The translations under genes were made by a program, and so were the position numbers. A DNA stretch of 30,748 bases, from positions 1 through 30,748 of the forward strand of contig DATAGF010000183.1 of assembly GCA_036257075.1 (NCBI GenBank), in the 5' to 3' direction. Each line of letters opens with the position of its first letter. Position 1 is the first letter of the stretch. The notes below the pieces were generated by a model, which did no database searches, had not been told where the DNA came from, and worked only from the letters and a program-made list of their open reading frames with translations. The stretch comes from Miltoncostaeaceae bacterium (GTDB lineage Bacteria; Actinomycetota; Thermoleophilia; Miltoncostaeales; Miltoncostaeaceae). Below are positions 8,515 to 16,964 of this stretch, piece by piece.

Positions 8515-9321
8515 TCAGAGCTCGGCCGACCTCCGCGCCGCGGCCAGCACCGCGTCGGCCACGTGGGCGCGCACCGCGCCGCGCTCCAGGACGGCGAGGC
8601 CGGCCAGCGTCGCGCCCGCCGGCGAGCTGACGCGCTGGCGCAGGAGGGCCGGGTCGGTGCCGTCCGCCAGCAGCGCCGCGGTCCCGGCCAGCACGGCGGC
8701 GGTGAGCTCGCGGGCCTGGGGCCGGGCGAGGCCGGCCGCGACCGCGCCCTCCTCGAGCCCCTCGGCGACCAGCGCGAGCAGCCCGGGGCCGCTGCCGGCC
8801 AGCGCCGTCGCCGGGGGGAACAGGCCCTCCGGCAGGGGCACGACGGCCCCGAGCGGGCGCAGGAAGGCGGTCAGCTCGGCCTCGCGCGCCGGGTCGAGGC
8901 CCCGCGTGGCCAGCGCCACCACCCCGGCACCGTGTCGCACGGCCAGGTTGGGCATGGTGCGGGCCAGGGCGGCGCCGGCCGCGGCGCCCGCCAGGCGGTC
9001 GAGGTCCCAGCCGGCGATGACCGACAGGAGCACTGCGCCCGGCGCCATCGCGCGGGCGACCTCCGGCAGGGCCTCGGCGGCGTCCTTCGGCTTGACGGCG
9101 ACGCAGACGAGATCGGCGCGCGCGGCCTCCTCGAGCGGCGCCGGCCGCCCGCCGACGTCGGCCACGGCGGCCTCGAGCGCGGCGGGCACGGCGTCGGCCA
9201 GCGCCAGCCGCTCGGCGAGGCCGGGGTGGCCCCGCATCAGGCCGGCCGCCAGCGCCCGGCCCATGGCGCCGGCGCCGACCACCCCGACGCGCGCCGGCCA
9301 GCCAGCCGCTCGCTCCCCCAT
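8515..9321 (-). CDS. proC: Pyrroline-5-carboxylate reductase
   Basis: GAGAMG, VKPKD, RTMPNL, TALAGSGPG and VSSPAGAT motifs. Confidence 0.92.
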   Translation of the reverse strand: MGERAAGWPARVGVVGAGAMGRALAAGLMRGHPGLAERLALADAVPAALEAAVADVGGRPAPLEEAARADLVCVAVKPKDAAEALPEVARAMAPGAVLLSVIAGWDLDRLAGAAAGAALARTMPNLAVRHGAGVVALATRGLDPAREAELTAFLRPLGAVVPLPEGLFPPATALAGSGPGLLALVAEGLEEGAVAAGLARPQARELTAAVLAGTAALLADGTDPALLRQRVSSPAGATLAGLAVLERGAVRAHVADAVLAAARRSAEL

Positions 9322-9890
9322 CAGTACTGGTTGAAGAAGCCCTTCTCCAGGAGGCGGGCCCGCTCCTCGGCCGACACCTCGACGTTGCGCGGCGTCAGCA
9401 TGAAGACCTTGTCGGCCACCCGCTGCATGCCGCCGTCGAGGGCGTAGGTGAGCCCGCTGGAGAAGTCGATGAGCCGCTTGGCGAGGTCGGTCTCGGCGCT
9501 CTGCAGGTTGAGGATGACCGGAATCGTCCCCTTGAACTTGTCGGCGATCTGCTGGGCGTCGTTGAAGCTCTTGGGGACCACCAGGTGGACCTCGGCAGGC
9601 TGGCCCCGCGACTCGACCGAGCGCATGGGCGCCGGCCGGCCGCGCGCCGGCTCCTCGGCGAAGATGTCGTCGAAGTCCGGCTCGCGGCGGCGCGGGCCGA
9701 GGCGGCGGACGTTGGGCCGCTCGCGGTAGCTGCGCTCCAGGTCGTCGTGCGCCGGGCTGCGCCGGTCGCGGTCGCGGTCGCGCTCCGGCTCCTCGTCGTA
9801 GCGGTCGTCGTCGTAGTCGTCGTAGTCGTCGGCCTCGTCGGCCATGCCGAAGTAGACGAGCGTGCGGTGCCAGAGGTCGCTGACGGCCAT
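9321..9890 (-). CDS. sepF: Cell division protein SepF
   Basis: PKSFNDAQQIAD, VILNL and KRLIDFSSGLTYALDG motifs. The N-terminus resembles the amphipathic helix followed by an acidic linker. Confidence 0.96.
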   Translation of the reverse strand: MAVSDLWHRTLVYFGMADEADDYDDYDDDRYDEEPERDRDRDRRSPAHDDLERSYRERPNVRRLGPRRREPDFDDIFAEEPARGRPAPMRSVESRGQPAEVHLVVPKSFNDAQQIADKFKGTIPVILNLQSAETDLAKRLIDFSSGLTYALDGGMQRVADKVFMLTPRNVEVSAEERARLLEKGFFNQY

Positions 9891-10604
9891 CTACGCCCCT
9901 CGGGATGTCGTGATCTGGGCCTTCTCGAGGATCCCGCGGCCGACCCGGACCTTCGTCGCACCCTCCTCGGCGGCGACCAGGTAGTCCTGGCTCGTCCCCA
10001 TGGAGAGGTCAGACAGGTCGTGACGTCCCCGCCACTCCGCTGCCAGCTCCTCCGCCAGGCGGCGGACGGCGACGAAGTGGGGCCGGCTGAGCTCCGCGTC
10101 GGTCTGAAACGGTGGCATCGCCATCAGGCCACCGACAACGAGGTCGGTGTGCTCCGACACATCCTCCATGAACGCCCGAAGCTGGGGCGGCACGATACCA
10201 CCTTTGGTCGATTCCCCGGCGACGTTGACTTCGACGAGGACCCGCGTGGGACCTTCCGAGCGCGCCCCGATGGCCTCCGCCAGGCGCGCCGAGTCGAGCG
10301 AGTGCAGCAGCCGCACCAAGCTGATCACCTCGCGGGCCTTCTTGCGCTGCAGGTGCCCGATGAAGTCGTAGGTCAGCCGGTCGCCCGCGGCCTCGCGGCG
10401 CGCGCGGAGGTCCTGGAGGCGGTTCTCCCCCACCACCTCCACGCCGGCCTCCAGCAGCGCCTCCGTCTGGTCGACGGGGATGTACTTGCCCGCCAGCACG
10501 AGCTCCACCGAGCCGCGCGGCCGCCCCGCGCGCCGGGCGGCCTCGTCGAGCCCCTCGCGCGCCTCGCGGAGGGCCGCCCGCAGGGCGTCGGGGTCGATGA
10601 TCAC
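9891..10604 (-). CDS. yggS: YggS/PLPBP pyridoxal phosphate homeostasis protein
   Basis: LAGKY, GENRLQD, FIGHLQRKK, GLMAMPP, LSMGTSQDY and EEGATKVRVG motifs. GTG at 10604 overlaps the pgeF TGA. Confidence 0.94.
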   Translation of the reverse strand: MIIDPDALRAALREAREGLDEAARRAGRPRGSVELVLAGKYIPVDQTEALLEAGVEVVGENRLQDLRARREAAGDRLTYDFIGHLQRKKAREVISLVRLLHSLDSARLAEAIGARSEGPTRVLVEVNVAGESTKGGIVPPQLRAFMEDVSEHTDLVVGGLMAMPPFQTDAELSRPHFVAVRRLAEELAAEWRGRHDLSDLSMGTSQDYLVAAEEGATKVRVGRGILEKAQITTSRGA

Positions 10605-11353
10605 GCCGCCGCCCACACCAGGCCCCCCTGGCGCCCGCAGGCCTCGCCATCGCGGCGGTGCGAGTAGAAGCGGGCGGCCTCGCAGCTCGTGCACGCCTCG
10701 ATGGTGACGACCGCGGCCTCGGGGACGCCCTCGGCGACCAGCGCGGCCCGCGCGGCCGCGGCGAGGTCCACCGCCGGCGGCCGCAGCACCGCCTCCCCGA
10801 AGGCCGCCGCGAAGCGGTCGCGGACCGCTTGCGACACCGGGTAGCAGCAGGGCCCCACGCCCGGGCCGATCGCGGCGCCGAGGCGCTCGGGCCGGCCGAG
10901 CGAGCGGACGGCCTCGCCGAGGACGCCGGCCACCAGGCCGCGCCAGCCGGCGTGGGCGGCCGCGACCGCCGGCTCGTCGCGCCGCCACAGCAGCACGGGG
11001 AGGCAGTCCGCGCCGAGCACCATGAGGCCCAGCCCCGGCGTGCGCGTCGCCAGGCCGTCGCCCTCGGGCCAGCCGCGCAGGGCGCCGGTGAACCGGCCGG
11101 GCGCCGACGGCGCCTCGAGCGTCCTCACGCGCGCGCCGTGGACCTGGCGCCCGAGGCTCACCCCGTGGGGGTCGATGTCGACCGCCTCGCATACCCGGCG
11201 GCGGTTGGCGCGCACCGCGGCGTCGGCGTCGTCGCGGTCCGAGCCCAGGTTCAGCTCGTCGAAGGGCGGCGCGCTGACGCCGCCGCGGCGGGTCGTGAAG
11301 ACCGCCCGTGCCGGCGCGCCCGTCGCCACCTCGATCAGCTCCGGCGCGCTCAC
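10601..11353 (-). CDS. pgeF: PgeF/YfiH (laccase-domain, purine nucleoside-processing) family protein
   Basis: FTTRRGGVS, QVHG, ADCLPVLL, HAGWRG, GPCCY and FYSHRR motifs. GTG at 11353. Confidence 0.92.
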   Translation of the reverse strand: MSAPELIEVATGAPARAVFTTRRGGVSAPPFDELNLGSDRDDADAAVRANRRRVCEAVDIDPHGVSLGRQVHGARVRTLEAPSAPGRFTGALRGWPEGDGLATRTPGLGLMVLGADCLPVLLWRRDEPAVAAAHAGWRGLVAGVLGEAVRSLGRPERLGAAIGPGVGPCCYPVSQAVRDRFAAAFGEAVLRPPAVDLAAAARAALVAEGVPEAAVVTIEACTSCEAARFYSHRRDGEACGRQGGLVWAAA

Positions 11354-12501
11354 CGCCCCTCCCGCGCGACCCGCAGCGCCAGCGCCAGCTGCTCCTCGGG
11401 CCCGCCGACGCGGCCGTCCAGCAGGGCCGCGCGCACCACGGCGAGGGCACGCCCGATCGCCGGGCCCGGCGGGATCCCCGCCCCGACGAGGTCGGCGCCG
11501 CGCACCGCCGGCTCGCGGTCGCGCCCGTGGGCCCACCAGCCGGCGACCGCCTCGGCGCCCCTCGCCAGCGCCCCGACGGTCGTCGCCGGAGGGGCCGCCC
11601 GCAGAAGCCGGTCGACCTCCGAGGGGGCGATCCCCGCCTGCAGGCGCTCCGCGAGCTCGCCGCCCGCGCGGCCCTCGGCGCCCAGCGCCCGCGCCCAGCC
11701 CGGGATCGCCGTGCGCGCCAGCGTCTCGGGGTCGAGCGCCTCCCCCAGCCGCAGCGGCCAGGCCGGCAGGTCGGGCGCACCGGGGCGGGCCAGCGCGTCG
11801 TCGATGGCCGTGAAGCGCTCGCGCAGCCCGCCTCCCCCGGGGCCAGAGAGCCACGGCACGCCGAGGCTGCCCAGCAGGGCCAGGCCGCTCGGGGCCGTGG
11901 GCTCCTGCGCCAGGCGCGTCAGCTCGTCGGCGACCCGGGCGCCGGCCGGATCGAGCGCCGGCGCAGCCTCGCGGGCCGCGGCGGCCGTCTCGCCGTCGAG
12001 CAGGAAGCCGAGCCGAGCCGCGTAGCGGGCCGCCCGCACAAGGCGGCTGGGGTCCTCCTCGAAGGCGTCCGGCCGCAGGGCGCGGACGATCCCCGCCTCC
12101 GCGTCGGCGGCGCCCCCGTGGGGGTCCACCAGCTCGCCGGCACCGGCGCCGGACAGGCGCTGCGCCATGGCGTTGATGGTGAAGTCGCGGCGCGCCAGGT
12201 CGTCCGCCAGGGTGCCGGGGGCGACCTCGGGGAGCGCCCCGGGCCGCGCATAGCGCTCCCGCCGGGCGGTGACCACGTCCAGGTGGTCGCCGTGGGGCAG
12301 CTCGATCGCGGCCGTCCCGAAGCGCGGGTGGGCGATCACGCGGCCCCCGAGCTCGCGGCCCAGCCGCCTGGCGAGCGGGAGGGCGTCGCCCTCCACGACC
12401 AGGTCGAGCTCCGTCCCGGCGGGGCGGCCGAGCATCGCGTCGCGCACCGCGCCCCCCACCACGCTCACCTCGCCCTCGAGGTGGGGCGCCACCCGGCGCA
12501 C
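11350..12501 (-). CDS. Class II tRNA nucleotidyltransferase (CCA/A-adding type), no HD, CBS or DHH domains
   Basis: VGGAVRD, ELDLVVEGD, DDLARRDFTINAMA, DPHGG and FEEDPSRLVRAARY motifs. The start is uncertain. Confidence 0.87.
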   Translation of the reverse strand: MRRVAPHLEGEVSVVGGAVRDAMLGRPAGTELDLVVEGDALPLARRLGRELGGRVIAHPRFGTAAIELPHGDHLDVVTARRERYARPGALPEVAPGTLADDLARRDFTINAMAQRLSGAGAGELVDPHGGAADAEAGIVRALRPDAFEEDPSRLVRAARYAARLGFLLDGETAAAAREAAPALDPAGARVADELTRLAQEPTAPSGLALLGSLGVPWLSGPGGGGLRERFTAIDDALARPGAPDLPAWPLRLGEALDPETLARTAIPGWARALGAEGRAGGELAERLQAGIAPSEVDRLLRAAPPATTVGALARGAEAVAGWWAHGRDREPAVRGADLVGAGIPPGPAIGRALAVVRAALLDGRVGGPEEQLALALRVAREGR

Positions 12502-12536
12502 GAGGGGGTGCGCGGCCAGGAGCGCGAGGGCGGGGC

Positions 12537-12542
12537 TAGGAT
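12537..12542 (+). promoter_or_regulatory. Putative -10 box TAGGAT, 7 nt before GTG 12550 (leaderless)
   Basis: TANNNT match with 7-nt spacing to the start codon. Confidence 0.55.
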
Positions 12543-12549
12543 CGGTCTC

Positions 12550-12801
12550 GTGGCCTACGACCCGGTCTCCCGCAAGCTGCCCGCCGCAGCCCCCATGTCG
12601 CCCGAGCTGGTGGCCGCCTTCGCGCGCTTCGAGGGGCTGACCCTGTCCGAGCTCCAGGCCCGCTTCGACGACGCGCAGGCGCGCTTCCGCGCCTGGGTGG
12701 AGGACCCCGTCAACGCCGGGCGCCCCATCTCAGAGGCCCCGGACTACGTCGACCGCATCGCCCTCGACAGCCTGATCGAGCGCCGCACCTGGGCCGAGTA
12801 G
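12550..12801 (+). CDS. Small hypothetical protein (83 aa; 68 aa if ATG 12595 is used)
   Basis: Fills the gap between cca and ridA, has strong GC3 codon bias and a leaderless -10 box. It is the C-terminal part of track ORF 11308..12801. Confidence 0.72.
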   Translation: MAYDPVSRKLPAAAPMSPELVAAFARFEGLTLSELQARFDDAQARFRAWVEDPVNAGRPISEAPDYVDRIALDSLIERRTWAE

Positions 12802-12821
12802 CGACGGGGGCCACCGCGCCG

Positions 12822-13217
12822 TCACCCCGCCGCGACGACGGCGACGGCCTCGATCTCCACCCGCGCCCCCAGCGGCAGCGCCGCCACGCCGACGGTCGCG
12901 CGCGCCGGCGCGTGCCCGGAGAAGGCGTGGGAGTAGACCTCGTTCATGGCGGCGAAGTCGCCCGCGAGGTCGATGAGGTACACCGTCGTCTTGACGACGT
13001 CGGCGAGCCCGGCGCCGGCTTCGGCCAGGATCGCCGCCACGTGGCGCAGCGCCAGCGCGGTCTGCTCGCTCACGTCCTCGGAGACGAGCTCGCCCGTCGT
13101 CGGGTCGACGCCGAGCTGGCCCGACACGAACACGATCTCGCCCGTCGCGGCCGCGGCCTGGCTGTAGGGGGCGCCGTCCACGGGCGCGGGCGCGGCCTCC
13201 GTGCGGATGGTCCTCAC
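12822..13217 (-). CDS. ridA: RidA/Rid family enamine-imine deaminase
   Basis: PYSQA, VSGQLG, VVKTTVYL, FAAMNEVY, PARATVGV and VEIEAVA motifs. The start is GTG 13217 (leaderless spacing) or 13226. Confidence 0.92.
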   Translation of the reverse strand: MRTIRTEAAPAPVDGAPYSQAAAATGEIVFVSGQLGVDPTTGELVSEDVSEQTALALRHVAAILAEAGAGLADVVKTTVYLIDLAGDFAAMNEVYSHAFSGHAPARATVGVAALPLGARVEIEAVAVVAAG

Positions 13218-13227
13218 GACGGGCACG

Positions 13228-14580
13228 CTAGCGGACGCCGGCTGGCGACCAGGCAGCGAGCGCCCGGCGGGCGCGCGGCACCCACCAGGCGAGCTCCTCG
13301 CGCGCCCACGCCCGCTCGGCCGGGTCGGGGTTCACGACGGCGCTGTGGCCGAAGATCCAGCCGTACTGGACGAGCCCTGAGAGCAGCCCGACGTCGAGGG
13401 CCTTCCGGTCCTCGGCGTCGCCGCGGGCGCGCCGGAAGTCCTCGACGATCTGGTCGCGGGTCGCGTCGATCCGCCAGGCGCAGTGCACGAGGTACCAGCA
13501 GAGCTCGACGACGGGGTGGCCCTGCGTCGCCAAGCCCCAGTCGATCAGCACCACCCGCCGCCCGTCCATGCCCAGGTGCTCGTCCCGCAGGTCCCCGTGC
13601 AGGAGCGTGGTGCCCCGTGCCGAGAGCCAGTCCGCCAGCGCCTCGGGGTGGGCGAGCACCGCCAGGACCGGGTCGGCCACGTCCCGCGGGACCACCGTCG
13701 CGAACGCCTCCCATGCGGCCTCGAGCTGGTTCGGCAGCAGATCGAGGCCCGCGCGCTCGCGCTCCGCCACCTGGGGCGACAGGACGTCCAGGCGCCGGGC
13801 GAGGCTCGCGGCCGGTGGCACCCGCACCCCCCAGAAGGCCCTCCACATGGCGTCGACGGCCGCGAGGACCTGGGCGCTCTGATCGCGGCTGACGCGTGCC
13901 TCGGCCGGCCAGAGCCGGTCGGAGACGTCCCGCATGAGGATCCACCACGCGCCGTCCGCCCACTCGGCGTCGATGAGCGTGTGCTCGAGCGCGGGCGGGA
14001 TCCGCGCGGTCCAGCCCTCGGCGACGAGCGCGGCCTCGCGGCCGCGGTCGCCGGTGTGGACGGCGATCCACCCGCGGCCCGGGACGGTGCGCTTCGCCAC
14101 GAGGCGGCGCCCGTCGGCCATGCCCACCCCGACGAGGGCGTCGCCCGACCAGCCGCTCGAGACGATGGGCCGGACGTCCGCGACCCGGCCGTGGCGTGCC
14201 AGCAGGGCCGGCGGTGGCGCCGCCTCGGCCGCCGCCAGCTCGGGGGCGGCGCTCCTCGGGGGCGCGCCGTAGATCCAATGGGCCGAGATCCGGCCCGTCC
14301 GCGTGTGGAGGTAGTGACGCTCCCGCACGACACGCCGCTCGCCGGCGCGCTCGAGCCAGACCGCGGCTCCGCCGGGGTGCTCGGCGGCCGACCACTCGAC
14401 GATCCGGGCCGGGTCGCCGTACCACTCGGCGAGCCGGTCCGCGATTGCCTCGCGCCCCACCGCCCGCACCCGGGCGCCGGGGAGCCCGGCGTCGAGGGTC
14501 GCGTCGTCGGCGTACGACTCCACCAGCGGCCCGACGACGCCCCGCTCGAGCGCAACGCGCAGCAACCTCGTCGGCGTCAC
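13228..14580 (-). CDS. Fusion of an N-terminal SnoaL/NTF2-like domain and a C-terminal aminoglycoside/choline kinase-like phosphotransferase
   Basis: The N-terminus (YADDATL...GREAIAD, R-HY...GRISAHWIY) resembles SnoaL-like domains. The C-terminus has LVAKR, GREA, LLHGDLRDEH and LIDWG kinase motifs. GTG 14580 overlaps the upstream TGA. Confidence 0.75.
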   Translation of the reverse strand: MTPTRLLRVALERGVVGPLVESYADDATLDAGLPGARVRAVGREAIADRLAEWYGDPARIVEWSAAEHPGGAAVWLERAGERRVVRERHYLHTRTGRISAHWIYGAPPRSAAPELAAAEAAPPPALLARHGRVADVRPIVSSGWSGDALVGVGMADGRRLVAKRTVPGRGWIAVHTGDRGREAALVAEGWTARIPPALEHTLIDAEWADGAWWILMRDVSDRLWPAEARVSRDQSAQVLAAVDAMWRAFWGVRVPPAASLARRLDVLSPQVAERERAGLDLLPNQLEAAWEAFATVVPRDVADPVLAVLAHPEALADWLSARGTTLLHGDLRDEHLGMDGRRVVLIDWGLATQGHPVVELCWYLVHCAWRIDATRDQIVEDFRRARGDAEDRKALDVGLLSGLVQYGWIFGHSAVVNPDPAERAWAREELAWWVPRARRALAAWSPAGVR

Positions 14581-15401
14581 CGCCGTCCCGACCCGATGAC
14601 CGCCCTCGCCGGCAGCTCGAGACCGCCCCCGGACCTGTAGAGCTCGAGGCGGTGCTCCAGGGCCGCCCGCACCCGCTCCCGGACCTCCGGCGGTTGGCGC
14701 AGGATGGTGGTCGACGTGCGCACGGATCCGCCGAGGACCCCCTCCCAGAGCTCGTCGCCGTCTCCGCACCGGGCGAGGGTCTCGATCCGCTCCACTCGCG
14801 CCTCGCGGAGGCCGGCGCCGCGCAGCAGGCCCAGCATCTCCTTCCGGTCCGCGAAGCGGTAGGAGTCGGGCCCGCCGGCAAGCTCGGGCGGCGGGGCGAC
14901 CCCGACCTCGGCCAGCGCCTCGGCGACGATCCCGAGCCAGCGGTTCCGCACGGGAGGCTCCCACACGGAGAGCGCCAGCGCGCCGCCGTGCGCCAGGACC
15001 CGGGCCAGTTCGGCCACGGCCGCCTCGGGCGCCGGCAGGTGGTTGAGGACGAAGCCGCCGACGCACGCGTCGAAGCTCCCGGCCGCGAACGGCAGCGCGA
15101 CGACGTCCGCCTGGGCGAACGTCAGCTCAGGGAGCCGCCGCCGCGCCTCGGCCAGCATCCCCGGCGCGACGTCGACGCCGGTGGGCCTCGCGCCCCGCTC
15201 CGCCGCGAGGCCGCAGACCACCCCCGGTCCGCAGCCGGCGTCGAGCACCCGCGAGCCGGCGCCGACGGCCGCGGCATCCAGCAGAGGCGCGGCCAGTGCG
15301 AGCGTGATCGTGGCGGTCAGGCGGTCGTAGGCGGCCGCCCGCTCGCTCCAGCCGGAGGCCTCCAGTGCGGTGAAGCGGCGCTGTTGGTCAGTCAGCGACA
15401 T
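14577..15401 (-). CDS. Class I SAM-dependent methyltransferase
   Basis: VLDAGCGPG motif I, GVDVAPGML, ADVVALPFAAGSFD and ELARVLAHGG motifs. ATG at 15401. Confidence 0.92.
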   Translation of the reverse strand: MSLTDQQRRFTALEASGWSERAAAYDRLTATITLALAAPLLDAAAVGAGSRVLDAGCGPGVVCGLAAERGARPTGVDVAPGMLAEARRRLPELTFAQADVVALPFAAGSFDACVGGFVLNHLPAPEAAVAELARVLAHGGALALSVWEPPVRNRWLGIVAEALAEVGVAPPPELAGGPDSYRFADRKEMLGLLRGAGLREARVERIETLARCGDGDELWEGVLGGSVRTSTTILRQPPEVRERVRAALEHRLELYRSGGGLELPARAVIGSGRR

Positions 15402-15444
15402 GGGGGCACGAGGATATGACGACCGGCGTGGCAGGATGGTCGCC

Positions 15445-16200
15445 GTGCGCATCGCAGTGATCGGCGGGACCGGGCTGGTCGGGCGCCACACGGTCGACGC
15501 CCTGGCGCGCGACGGCCACGAGCCGGTCGTGGTCGCCCGCTCGCGGGGCGCCGACCTCGCGACGGGCGAAGGGCTCGACGACGCCCTGACCGGGGCGGAC
15601 GCGGCGATCGACGTCACGAACGCCTACGCGGCCGACGCGGACGAGGCGCGGCGCGCGTTCGGGGCCATGACCGAGCGCCTTCTCGAAGCGGAGGCGCGCG
15701 CCGGCGTGCGCCATCACGTGCTCCTCTCCATCCTGGGGATCGACCGCCTCGAGGGGAACGCCCACTACGCCGGCAAGCGCCGCCAGGAGGAGCTCGTGGA
15801 GGCCGGCCCGGTCCCCGCCACGATCCTGCGCGCAACCCAGTTCCACGAGTTCGCCGAGATGGTCGTGGACCGGGCCATCCGCGACGGCGTCGCCCAGATC
15901 CCGCCCCTGCTGGTGCAGCCGGTCGCCGCGGCCGACGCCGCCCGGGCCCTCGCCGAGGCCGCCGCGGGCCCGCCCCAGGGGCGCGCGCCCGACCTGGCAG
16001 GGCCGCGGCCCGAGGACCTCGTCGACATGGCCCGCAGGGCCCTGGCCGCGCGCGGCCGCCGGGTGATGCTGGCCCCGACCTGGCGGGGGGGCGTCTTCGG
16101 CGTCGAGGCGGCCGGCGAGGCGATGCTGCCCGGCCCAGGCGCCCGCCTCGCGCCGACCACGTTCGACGCCTGGCTGGAGGAGTCGGCCGCGAGCGCCTGA
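15445..16200 (+). CDS. NAD(P)-binding atypical SDR / NmrA-like protein
   Basis: MRIAVIGGTGLVG Rossmann motif, HYAGK and LRATQFHEF motifs. The start is GTG 15445 or ATG 15436. Confidence 0.88.
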   Translation: MRIAVIGGTGLVGRHTVDALARDGHEPVVVARSRGADLATGEGLDDALTGADAAIDVTNAYAADADEARRAFGAMTERLLEAEARAGVRHHVLLSILGIDRLEGNAHYAGKRRQEELVEAGPVPATILRATQFHEFAEMVVDRAIRDGVAQIPPLLVQPVAAADAARALAEAAAGPPQGRAPDLAGPRPEDLVDMARRALAARGRRVMLAPTWRGGVFGVEAAGEAMLPGPGARLAPTTFDAWLEESAASA

Positions 16201-16208
16201 GCGCGGCG

Positions 16209-16964
16209 CTACATGCGGACCGGCACGCCGGCGCCGGCCATCGCCTCCTTGACCTGGGCGATGGTGTAGACGCCGTCGTGGAAGACCGAGGCCGCCAGCA
16301 CGGCGTCGGCCCCCCCCTCGGCGACCGCCGCGGCGAAGTGCTCCAGGCGGCCGGCGCCGCCCGAGGCGATGACGGGCACCGGCGCCGCTTCGGCCACCGC
16401 GGCCAGCAGCTCGACGTCGAAGCCGTCCTGGGTGCCGTCCCGGTCCATGCTCGTGACCAGCAGCTCCCCCGCGCCCCGCTCGGCGGCCTCGGCCGCCCAG
16501 GCCACGGCCTCGCGGCCGGTGGCCAGGCGCCCGCCGTTGAGGAAGACCTCCCAGCCGTCCCCGCCCGCTCGCCGCTTGGCGTCGATGGCCACGACCATGC
16601 ACTGGGCGCCGAAGCGGTCGGAGCCGCGGGAGATCACCTCCGGGTCGCGGACGGCGGCCGAGTTCAACGACACCTTGTCGGCGCCGGCCGCGAGCACCTC
16701 GCGGATGTCCTCCTCGGAGCGCAGGCCGCCCCCGATGGTGAAGGGGATGAAGACCTCCTCGGCCGTCCGCCGCGCCAGCTCCACGATGGTCCCCCGCCCC
16801 TCGTGGCTGGCGGTGATGTCGAGGAAGACCAGCTCGTCGGCGCCCTCGCGGTCGTAGCGGGCCGCGAGCTCCACCGGGTCGCCGGCGTCGCGCAGGCCCA
16901 CGAAGTTGACGCCCTTCACGACCCGGCCGCGGTCCACGTCAAGGCAGGGGATGACGCGGATCAC
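16209..16964 (-). CDS. hisF: Imidazole glycerol phosphate synthase cyclase subunit
   Basis: [41 protein letters not shown] and IASGGAG motifs. Confidence 0.97.
   Translation of the reverse strand: MIRVIPCLDVDRGRVVKGVNFVGLRDAGDPVELAARYDREGADELVFLDITASHEGRGTIVELARRTAEEVFIPFTIGGGLRSEEDIREVLAAGADKVSLNSAAVRDPEVISRGSDRFGAQCMVVAIDAKRRAGGDGWEVFLNGGRLATGREAVAWAAEAAERGAGELLVTSMDRDGTQDGFDVELLAAVAEAAPVPVIASGGAGRLEHFAAAVAEGGADAVLAASVFHDGVYTIAQVKEAMAGAGVPVRM

Noticed and set aside
9891-11854. Track ORFs 9891..11780 and 10601..11854 suggesting long N-terminal extensions of YggS and PgeF
   Set aside because: The extensions are low-complexity off-frame reads of upstream genes. GTGA overlaps give clean starts at 10604 and 11353.
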